A stretch of 64,000 nt of DNA, taken from the IMG/VR virus record IMGVR_UViG_3300035070_002626, positions 1-64,000 of that record, one strand, 5' to 3'. Position numbers and translations under genes: made by a program. Shown one piece after another: positions 56,462 to 64,000 of the stretch (positions within the stretch are counted from its first letter, which is position 1; the number at the start of each line of letters is the position of its first letter). Under the pieces are notes generated by a model. The model did no database searches, was not told where the DNA came from, and saw only the letters and a list, made by a program, of their open reading frames with translations.

Positions 56462-59121
56462 TATTCAAACTCAAATAAACTGTTAAATGTGTTGCTAGTG
56501 TCGGTGTCTTGCTTTAGATTCCAATCTAGCACACTAAGCAAATTATCAATTTTCTTATCAACAACAGCCGCTTCCATTTCAGCATCGTCAAACGGCAGCT
56601 CTTTGAACCAAGATGGGATGTGCAGCTCATCTGTTGGATACCCAATGCTAGTCCAATTAAGCGGATTTGCCTTTAGCTTACAAACAATAGTTTTCATACC
56701 GTCGATGATACTTTGTGAATAGTTGTCGCCATTCATTTTTTTCATCTGGTTCCAGTTCATTGCTGCTCTAACATGCCCGGGCATGTTTGCACGACCTAAA
56801 CGTTTTTCTTCTGCTGCGTACTTGGTTAAATTGTTAACACGTTTGGGCGCACCCTTTTCCCATGCAGGGCGTTCTTTAAAGTCATACTTAAAGCTCTTGA
56901 TCATCTCAACAATTTCAGTGCGCTCAGCACCCCCGAGTACGCTGGTTAACAATGTTAGCAAGAACTTTTGAATTACAACTGGCGTGTCGCTGCGTTTCAA
57001 GTCTAATCCCATTGCTTTGATTTTGCCTTGTTTGCCTTCTACATCAAGTCGCTTGCCTTCGTCATCATAGATGTTGATTGCATAACGTTTCTTTGTAATA
57101 AACAATCCACGATCAGCAACACTCTCACGACCGCCTTTGATAATTGCACCATTTTCTCGTGGCACATGAAATGCTTGTTCCATAAATCCTGGCCAGCTTT
57201 CATTTAGCTGATCACTAATAGCATCATAGAGCTGGATACAAGTTTCTTTGTTCCATTCCATTCTGCCGTCTTCGACGTCTTTCTTGATCACTGGCCAGGC
57301 GCTAAAGTATACACTGTCAGTATCACCATAGATAACACTTTGTCCAGTGTGATCGTATTTGCCTGTGATACATTCGTTTACAAAACTGTCCATATGATGT
57401 GCAATAGCCCTACCAGTTAGTGTAGTGCTTTGTCCAATACGTTTGTCAAAGAATCGACATCCAGGATTGAGAATAGCACCATACAAACTATTTAGATTAA
57501 TCTTCTTCACCAGCTGACGTTTATCTAAAAATTCACGCTCCTCGGGATCAGTTGATGCACGAAGTTTTGCTTGAATCTCCTGGCGTTCTCTATACCAACG
57601 TGCTAACAGCCCGGGCACAACGCCTTCTTTTTCATATGAAAAGATAGTACCGTTTGCACTTAATATCCAAGGTTGATTGCTGTCAAATATGATCTTCCAA
57701 ATCTCGGCTGCACTGTGCACACTTTCTTCGCCATTCTCCCAGTCGATTGTAATCTCGCTGCCGATCTCTTTGTTCATAACCGAAGTGTATTCCAACGATC
57801 CGAACAGTCCTTCCCATGCCATAGCAAAACTGCTTTTTTTGTCAATTTTGTTTTGGATATAGCGTTCAGTCATAGTTGGACGCAACTGCCCAATGATTGT
57901 TTCATTGCCCATGTTTAGTGCACGAATAGCACTAGGATACAAACTATTAATGTCAATGGCACCAATCCATTCGTGTATACCCTTCTTAGGATAAGCAACA
58001 TATGCACCTGCTGCCGCAGTATCCTCACTTGAGTCTCGTTCACGACGATTGGGAACAACCAAGCCTTGCTCGTGCGCTTCGTTGATAATTGCTTGCTCAG
58101 TAACAGCAACCGCACCCATTGTAGTTTGTAGTAGCACTGTGTTTGCGTGTGCTAGTTCGTTTGCAAGTGCAAGAAAGCGTAGTTTCTTATCCAACTTGTC
58201 CAACAGCAATGTATCCTGCCTGTTGTATTCGATAAAAGTTTTAAAGTTTTGGTTGTACAAGTGATCCAGTGTGCCTTCGTATGCAGTTTTACGTTCACCT
58301 AGCTCGTGTTCACCAATTGCATCCAAACTGTAGCTGTGACGCTCTTCGTATGTGTACTTTCGATACAATTGCATATAGTCCATGTGTACTCTGCCAATGA
58401 GATCAAACGTAACATTCTCTGCACCAAACCGTTCAAACATGCGTTTCTTAGGAAGTTGTCCCCACAAACAAAAACGTCTTGTGTCATCCTTGCTGAGTAT
58501 GCGATTTACTCGATTGACAGTGTACGGAATATCATAACCTTCGCTGTTCCATCCACTAAGCACATCTGCATCTTCAATAAGATCAAGAAACACCTTCAGC
58601 ATTTCTTCTTCTCGTTCAAACAACATAGTGTTTTCAAACTCGTTGCATATTTCCTGTGCGGTTTCCCAGCTCATGCCTTTTGGTGGAATAACCAGCGTAA
58701 CTAGTTGTTCCATCCATTGTAAGTACACAGAGATAGCAGTAATTGCATTAAACGGATCATTTGTTGGACTATAACCACGCTCTGGGTCAAAGTCAACTTC
58801 GATATCGAAAAATGCAGCTTGCAGTGTAGGCGCAGCTTGATCTTTGTAGTTCTCTTCAAAACAGCGAAACACTGGATTGATATCACTTTCAAAGATGTTT
58901 TTACCCGAATGCATGCGTAGTTCCTTGCGGAACTCTTTGTTGTTACGGGTACCTACTCTACTCACAGGACTGCCGTAAATGCTTTTGTGTTTACCTCGTG
59001 GATCCTCATAATAGAACACATAGTTAGCCGGATACTCTTTGTATATCCGTTGTCCCTCTACACGTTCTACCACATGAATGCGATCTTTTTCTCTGTCAAA
59101 CAGAGCGTCAACATAACTCAT
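56461..59121 (-). CDS. Family B DNA polymerase
   Basis: FDIE (ExoI), GWNSEGYD, YN.QD, DINSLYPS, K..LNSLYG, YGDTDS, KKRY. Confidence 0.97.
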   Translation of the reverse strand: MSYVDALFDREKDRIHVVERVEGQRIYKEYPANYVFYYEDPRGKHKSIYGSPVSRVGTRNNKEFRKELRMHSGKNIFESDINPVFRCFEENYKDQAAPTLQAAFFDIEVDFDPERGYSPTNDPFNAITAISVYLQWMEQLVTLVIPPKGMSWETAQEICNEFENTMLFEREEEMLKVFLDLIEDADVLSGWNSEGYDIPYTVNRVNRILSKDDTRRFCLWGQLPKKRMFERFGAENVTFDLIGRVHMDYMQLYRKYTYEERHSYSLDAIGEHELGERKTAYEGTLDHLYNQNFKTFIEYNRQDTLLLDKLDKKLRFLALANELAHANTVLLQTTMGAVAVTEQAIINEAHEQGLVVPNRRERDSSEDTAAAGAYVAYPKKGIHEWIGAIDINSLYPSAIRALNMGNETIIGQLRPTMTERYIQNKIDKKSSFAMAWEGLFGSLEYTSVMNKEIGSEITIDWENGEESVHSAAEIWKIIFDSNQPWILSANGTIFSYEKEGVVPGLLARWYRERQEIQAKLRASTDPEEREFLDKRQLVKKINLNSLYGAILNPGCRFFDKRIGQSTTLTGRAIAHHMDSFVNECITGKYDHTGQSVIYGDTDSVYFSAWPVIKKDVEDGRMEWNKETCIQLYDAISDQLNESWPGFMEQAFHVPRENGAIIKGGRESVADRGLFITKKRYAINIYDDEGKRLDVEGKQGKIKAMGLDLKRSDTPVVIQKFLLTLLTSVLGGAERTEIVEMIKSFKYDFKERPAWEKGAPKRVNNLTKYAAEEKRLGRANMPGHVRAAMNWNQMKKMNGDNYSQSIIDGMKTIVCKLKANPLNWTSIGYPTDELHIPSWFKELPFDDAEMEAAVVDKKIDNLLSVLDWNLKQDTDTSNTFNSLFEFE

Positions 59122-59148
59122 GATGATTCCATTATACTATAAGTTAAG

Positions 59149-59400
59149 TTAAAGTGTGCGGCCTGCTGTTGTTAGGATTTCTTCAAGAAGTTCTTGATCT
59201 TCTTTTTCAGCAGCATAGCTGGCTTTGTGTGCAATGCGAATTGCTTTTTTCAAGACACTGGGCTTGATTTGCAGTTCCTCACCAATGGCTTTGATTGTGT
59301 CTGACAGTCCTGCATTGAGTGCTTCGACTTCACTCATAACTTGCATGCCTTCATTGATAATCTGTGTTAGTTTAGTTTTAGAATTGCTGTCAAAATTCAT
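59149..59400 (-). CDS. Small dsDNA-binding protein (T4 DsbA/GapR-like)
   Basis: Helical 83 aa protein; ..I..E....P..L.K.I...HK pattern; upstream of PolB. Confidence 0.45.
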   Translation of the reverse strand: MNFDSNSKTKLTQIINEGMQVMSEVEALNAGLSDTIKAIGEELQIKPSVLKKAIRIAHKASYAAEKEDQELLEEILTTAGRTL

Positions 59401-59426
59401 AGTATGATCCTTATGTTTGTTTGTTT

Positions 59427-59455
59427 ATTGTAGTACAGTTGTTGCAGATTGTCAA
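59427..59455 (-). promoter_or_regulatory. sigma70-type promoter for the replication operon
   Basis: TTGACA-N17-TACAAT. Confidence 0.75.
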
Positions 59456-59460
59456 TAGAA

Positions 59461-59578
59461 TAGTTTGCCTACTCGTAAATTAGATTATGGCACTTCAAAC
59501 ATTAAGGGTAGCGATATCTTAAATGTTCAGGGCAGGTCCCGCCAGCAGCCATTAGACATCGGTCCTAAGGCTACACAA
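59461..59578 (-). ncRNA. Candidate structured ncRNA
   Basis: GC-enriched intergenic stretch downstream of TATAAGTA; three hairpins and a possible pseudoknot. Confidence 0.45.
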
Positions 59579-59611
59579 CTACTTATATAGGAGTTTTAAG
59601 GATGAATTATT

Positions 59612-60340
59612 TTAGTTAAGTTCCACACCAGTCATGTCTGCGGCCATGTCGCCCATTGCAAGACTAATTCTTCCATTGCGATTGTATAGAAAGAACTTCC
59701 CGTTTCCTTCATCAGGGCGCATTGTAATTTTACCAACCTTGGCTTTGCCAACAATGTTCTTAGCAACAACAGTAAATGTACGCTTGTTGTCTTTGCTAAT
59801 AGCTGAGTCATAACTAATTGTAAGTTTGTCGCCACGGTTAACACTATCCCACATGTCTTGTGACATAGCGCCTTCGTTGACGCCTTTCTTGTTAGCAAAG
59901 TCTTTCTTGGCAGATTTTGCTAAAGACTTGGCAAGATTTTTAGTCTTAATAATATTGCCAAATTGGTCTTTCTTTTCGCCTTTGTAATCTTGCCATCCAG
60001 AGTCGTACTCTACATCGCCTTCTGCTTCGCTAACGCCCTCTTTTTCCAGCATTTTCTTGCCGTAGTCCATCATCTTCATGATACTAGTACGACTAACGCC
60101 CGTTCTCTTTTCTAGTTCTTGAATGCTGCTAGCACCAAATGATGCACCGTAAGAAGTTAGTTCATTGCCCACTCGGCTAAGTGCAGTTGATAATGCATCG
60201 TCCTTGGTTGTTGCCGCTTTATCCATTAGCTTGCGACCAATGTTTGCAAGCTTTCTTTGTGCCGGGTTAATTTCAAACTTAGCCGGGATATCTGATTCAG
60301 AGACTGGTGTATTATCTTCAAATAAATCTAAAAAACGCAT
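59612..60340 (-). CDS. Hypothetical protein, possible internal head protein
   Basis: N-terminal MRFLDLFE; modules separated by VSE/VNE. Confidence 0.6.
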   Translation of the reverse strand: MRFLDLFEDNTPVSESDIPAKFEINPAQRKLANIGRKLMDKAATTKDDALSTALSRVGNELTSYGASFGASSIQELEKRTGVSRTSIMKMMDYGKKMLEKEGVSEAEGDVEYDSGWQDYKGEKKDQFGNIIKTKNLAKSLAKSAKKDFANKKGVNEGAMSQDMWDSVNRGDKLTISYDSAISKDNKRTFTVVAKNIVGKAKVGKITMRPDEGNGKFFLYNRNGRISLAMGDMAADMTGVELN

Positions 60341-60342
60341 TA

Positions 60343-61443
60343 TTATTCATCCATATAATCTAAATTGTGTGGCGTAGTCTTTTGTATAAAGGACTCGCAT
60401 GCTTGTACGGCATCCGCAAGTTTACCGAATGAACTTTTAGATTCTTTTCCGTTAATCTTTACTCTATATCCGTCATCTTCGTTGCCGAAGATTTTGAGTG
60501 ATTTACCGTTAGCAGCTTTATAGCTCTTAACTGGTTCTTTGATTACTTCTTGTACTGCACTTGTGTCAACATCTCTAAGGTAGTCCATAATACTACGCTT
60601 TTTGCTAACTTGATCTTCTTTGGTCATTTTTGATAATTGTGTAGGATCAACTGACCCCTCAGGGGCAACTGGGCCTTTATATCCACTGTTGCCTCCCCCG
60701 GCAACTTGGCTAGTACCCGGGCTTACACCGTCCCATGACTCTTCGTCGCCTGGGTTGGAACCTTCTTTCATATCACTGTAATCGTTATCCAATGCTTGAA
60801 AATCATCATAGCTAATGTACATATCAGTGTCCGGATCGTAGTACATGCCTTCTTTTGGATCGTAATAAACAACTTTGCCACTCAGTGTAGTGAATGGACC
60901 TTCAAGTCCTTTACGTGCTTGATACTTGTCATCCATTGGAGGCATAACTTTATAGCCTTCGTCCAATTCGTTTTTCATGTAATCACGAGCTGTGTCAAGA
61001 TAGTCGAGTGCTTTGGTAATCTTTGCTTGTACCCATTCAGGCAAGTTGTCACCATCGGACAAGATACTTTCGAGCTCTAGTGCAGCATCCGCAGCTCTAT
61101 TAAGATCGCCTTTGGCCATATCGCCTTCTTGATCGTATTCACCTACATCTTCAGGATCGATATTTTCGCCAACAAAGTAATCGCCATAAACATTCTTTTC
61201 TTCGTCGCTGCCCAGTACTGGACTTTGATTTGGCATGTCGTACTCTGCTGGTAGAGCTTTGGCACTTTCAAAAGGTGTCTCACGATACATATTCTCAAGG
61301 ATTGCACTCATGTCGTTTGCTGCCAAACCTTCTTCAAGATGATGTGGCTTAGACGAAGAAACACTTTCTCCGCTTTCTAGCTGATTCATCTTGGCGACTA
61401 GGTCTGCAAAACTTGAAACTTCTTTTGGGTCTACATTACTCAT
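60343..61443 (-). CDS. Hypothetical acidic modular protein, possible internal head protein
   Basis: LEE/VGE/LDE/MKE boundaries; LPEWVQAKIT and YYDPKEG.YYD modules. Confidence 0.6.
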   Translation of the reverse strand: MSNVDPKEVSSFADLVAKMNQLESGESVSSSKPHHLEEGLAANDMSAILENMYRETPFESAKALPAEYDMPNQSPVLGSDEEKNVYGDYFVGENIDPEDVGEYDQEGDMAKGDLNRAADAALELESILSDGDNLPEWVQAKITKALDYLDTARDYMKNELDEGYKVMPPMDDKYQARKGLEGPFTTLSGKVVYYDPKEGMYYDPDTDMYISYDDFQALDNDYSDMKEGSNPGDEESWDGVSPGTSQVAGGGNSGYKGPVAPEGSVDPTQLSKMTKEDQVSKKRSIMDYLRDVDTSAVQEVIKEPVKSYKAANGKSLKIFGNEDDGYRVKINGKESKSSFGKLADAVQACESFIQKTTPHNLDYMDE

Positions 61444-61886
61444 TATGCTCTACTTCCTTTGAGAAAACTGCGTAACATCCATCCGTGTTTGTTATGTGCA
61501 TCTAGCCTTTCAGCAATAAAGTTAGCAATGCCTTCGTTGTTTTCATCCACGGCTGATTTGAAAGTTTGTGTTAGTATTTGCAACATTGCATTGTTGTCGT
61601 CGGCTAATTCTTGTATCATTAGCATAGCCCGTGGAATTTTTGTCTGGCCACTGATAACACTAAGCTCTCCAAATCTTTCAAATGATCCCGGAGTGTATAC
61701 GTCGAGGGTTCTAATATATTCAGCTGTCTGATCAATTGTGTTTTCGTACACTTCGCTGTACAAGTCTCCAAAGAACTGATGGTACTGTGCAAAGTCTGGA
61801 CCTTCAACATTCCAGTGAAAGTTCTGTGCTTTAATTACAAATGCGTATTCTGTTGCCAATAGCGTTTTTAGATCATCTGCTAACAT
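61443..61886 (-). CDS. dps: Dps/ferritin-like DNA protection protein
   Basis: K..NFHWNVEG..F...H..F..LY...D..AE..R; H.K..WML. Confidence 0.92.
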   Translation of the reverse strand: MLADDLKTLLATEYAFVIKAQNFHWNVEGPDFAQYHQFFGDLYSEVYENTIDQTAEYIRTLDVYTPGSFERFGELSVISGQTKIPRAMLMIQELADDNNAMLQILTQTFKSAVDENNEGIANFIAERLDAHNKHGWMLRSFLKGSRA

Positions 61887-61945
61887 TATGTTTCCTGTTT
61901 GGTTATTATAAGAGTATTTATCTTGTGCTTGTATTTATTAAATGA

Positions 61946-62110
61946 TTATCCAAAAAGTGCTATTAACAATACAATAAGTATGAACCATCCTGTTATCCCA
62001 ATGCCATTGTTGCCGACAAGCCCTTTGCGTTTAGCACAGTTATAACAGTATCTATACTTTGAATTAGTTCGATTACTGCAAAAAAACGCAGCACAAGTTT
62101 TTTGACTCAT
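61946..62110 (-). CDS. 54-aa Cys4 zinc-finger + C-terminal transmembrane microprotein
   Basis: MSQKTCAAFFCSNRTNSKYRYCYNCAKRKG...GWFILIVLLIALFG; AGGAG RBS. Confidence 0.65.
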   Translation of the reverse strand: MSQKTCAAFFCSNRTNSKYRYCYNCAKRKGLVGNNGIGITGWFILIVLLIALFG

Positions 62111-62124
62111 TAAAAACTCCTATT

Positions 62125-63159
62125 TTATAATCCGGCAAACCATGTATCAGAAAAGTCTCTAACTTTAGCAAGTTCGATTTGTGCTGGTTCGTATTCAGGG
62201 TGCACAGGACTAAACACATGATGGAAGTTGTATTCCTCAAGCGACCAAGAGCCCCACATTTGCAATTTAGAATATTCCACTATGTCTACATCAAATTCCT
62301 TGCAAAAATAGTAAAATGGTTCTATTTCTTGATAATTTTGCTGTTGTAAAATCATCCTGGTATGTAATTTAAAACCTAATTCATGTTTCTTGTTTTGTAA
62401 AAAATGCATTGCTTGTAGTAACTTTGGCCATTTCCCACCGCGGCGTATTTTTTCGTATGTGTCGGCTTGTGATGCATCAATACTTACAGTTATTTTGTTA
62501 ATGTTATTAACTTTGTTTCCGAATCGATGCCAGTTTTGTTCGCACAGCAACCCATTTGTACCAAAGTCAAATTCTACATTGGGAAATTTATCAATATCAA
62601 TTGAGTTTACAAAATCCATTAACATAGGACTAGCAAACACTTCACCTGCCCCGCCAAGTTCTATTTTTATTTTTTTATCTGTTGCGTCAGCAAACAAGTT
62701 GTTAGAAAGAGTTTCGCCTAGCTTGCGCTGTTCTTCTTGTTTTGATAATGGAGTTTTTATAATATGACGTCGGCAGCTAGGACAACTTAGATTACAAGTT
62801 TGGTCCCCATTGAAACTAATATGATGAGGCATTTCAAATTTTGATGGATCGTCGAATAGTTCTCTTATGTTCGGCGGCACTGACTTGATCTTGTTTAGCC
62901 CGTTGTTAGCAATTACAGCACACCAATCTGCATCACAATAAACATAAGATCCATCAATGATACTTTGTCTAATTTTTTGTGCCAGTTCAGACGACAACAA
63001 TTCCTTTAGTGTGTTTTCTTTTAAATTTCCAATGGTAGTTGGCATCCATCGGTTACATCCACACATTCGAACATCGCCCTCTAGGGTAACCTCGATCATA
63101 ACAAATGGTGACAAACAGTACTTCCCTTGGTACTGTTTAGCCGGAAACATTTCAATCAT
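62125..63159 (-). CDS. Radical SAM protein with N-terminal SPASM-like domain
   Basis: YCLSPF..G.V..C, IGN; CNLSCPSCR; GE.FAS; TNG; SIDA...YEKIR.GG.W. Confidence 0.85.
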   Translation of the reverse strand: MIEMFPAKQYQGKYCLSPFVMIEVTLEGDVRMCGCNRWMPTTIGNLKENTLKELLSSELAQKIRQSIIDGSYVYCDADWCAVIANNGLNKIKSVPPNIRELFDDPSKFEMPHHISFNGDQTCNLSCPSCRRHIIKTPLSKQEEQRKLGETLSNNLFADATDKKIKIELGGAGEVFASPMLMDFVNSIDIDKFPNVEFDFGTNGLLCEQNWHRFGNKVNNINKITVSIDASQADTYEKIRRGGKWPKLLQAMHFLQNKKHELGFKLHTRMILQQQNYQEIEPFYYFCKEFDVDIVEYSKLQMWGSWSLEEYNFHHVFSPVHPEYEPAQIELAKVRDFSDTWFAGL

Positions 63160-63319
63160 ACTTAACAGCCCGTACTGTGTTGGCATATTTTCGTTTAATC
63201 TTTTTCACAGTGGGCTTGCTGCGAGAAATAACTGAACCTAATGGTGCCGAAACTGTGGCAATACTACCACTTGCTGTTCCGCCTGTACTTACATCTTCTA
63301 GTAACTCTCGAATCTTCAT
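63152..63319 (-). CDS. 55-aa protein MKIRELLE... (possible internal head protein)
   Basis: Translated by hand; ATGA coupling with the upstream gene. Confidence 0.6.
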   Translation of the reverse strand: MKIRELLEDVSTGGTASGSIATVSAPLGSVISRSKPTVKKIKRKYANTVRAVKYD

Positions 63320-63603
63320 GATGCTAATATCTCAAATGTTTCATTATCTATTATAGATACCAGTCCTTCGGTGCACTTTAATCCACGTATTTTAAATTTG
63401 CCTTTGTCAAGTTTTTTTATGCGTATCTTGTAAATACCAGCAGGGGCATCAAGTTGCAACATCTCTGTTAAGTATTGCGGCCCACTCCATATATAATTGC
63501 GCTCGGTAAACATCTCGTCATTGACATATACTCTATATGCAGGCGGATTGGTTTGCCAATCACAATATAAATCAAATTCAATTTTAGTAAAATCTGTTGT
63601 CAT
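63316..63603 (-). CDS. Hypothetical beta-rich protein
   Basis: P.YRVYVNDE.FTER; the listed longer start is a shadow extension. Confidence 0.6.
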   Translation of the reverse strand: MTTDFTKIEFDLYCDWQTNPPAYRVYVNDEMFTERNYIWSGPQYLTEMLQLDAPAGIYKIRIKKLDKGKFKIRGLKCTEGLVSIIDNETFEILAS

Positions 63604-63604
63604 A

Positions 63605-63952
63605 TTAGTAACGTGATTTTCTAGGGTATTTGTCTGCAAGTTTATCACGTTTGAGATTGGCAGAACTAAATGGATCATCCCAAGACGGAGGAAAAAAAGT
63701 ATCAACAAAATTATCAAATACATCTTGTGCACTTGCTGGTCTAGTCCGAGTATCAAATTGTTTGATAAGCAATCCAGCTGCTTTGCCTACACCTGCTTGT
63801 CCCTCACGAGACAGTTTTGCAGCTTGGGCAATAACTTCATCAGATACTTCGCCTTGTGGATCAATCTTTTTAAGATCTTTAATAGCTCTTGCAATAGCAG
63901 GCATTATATCTTCGGGGCCTCGATCTTCGTTGATTACTTCAAACATTTTCAT
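63605..63952 (-). CDS. Hypothetical protein (MKMFEVINE...)
   Basis: AAGGA RBS. Confidence 0.6.
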   Translation of the reverse strand: MKMFEVINEDRGPEDIMPAIARAIKDLKKIDPQGEVSDEVIAQAAKLSREGQAGVGKAAGLLIKQFDTRTRPASAQDVFDNFVDTFFPPSWDDPFSSANLKRDKLADKYPRKSRY

Positions 63953-64000
63953 ACTGTATTCCTTTATCTGCCTTGTGCGTAACTGTAACAGCCTTCGGTA

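Overview
This 64 kb window is AT-rich (~40% GC by eye), gene-dense and almost entirely minus-strand. It is best explained as part of a large tailed dsDNA phage genome. Evidence: family-B DNA polymerase, sliding clamp, T4-type RNase H, ThyX, MoxR/VWA pair, 6 tRNAs plus one tRNA-like element, and many sigma70-type promoters. No virion structural gene is confidently recognisable. A two-piece (permuted) tmRNA with tag ANANRAPEMAMAA, an alpha-type RpoZ and a porin point to an alphaproteobacterial host, probably Rhodobacteraceae. Four themes stand out. (1) A 7-deazaguanine DNA-modification region next to the replisome has a TGT/DpdA-like transglycosylase, a DpdL-like T-fold protein, folE, queD and queE, but no queC/queF. 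It is interleaved with a glycosyltransferase, GalE, an aminotransferase, a PRTase, a HIT hydrolase and NadE, and has two preQ1-riboswitch-like leaders. (2) A large glycan-tailoring arsenal: KdsA/KdsB, two carbamoyltransferases, two amidinotransferases, a Gfo/DegT/epimerase trio, four paralogous GT-like proteins and radical SAM enzymes. (3) A translation-rescue/proteolysis toolkit: tmRNA, ClpP, Smr and an ATE/Bpt-like protein. (4) Several unannotated structured RNAs and microproteins. All assignments come from motif recognition by eye; no database searches were run.
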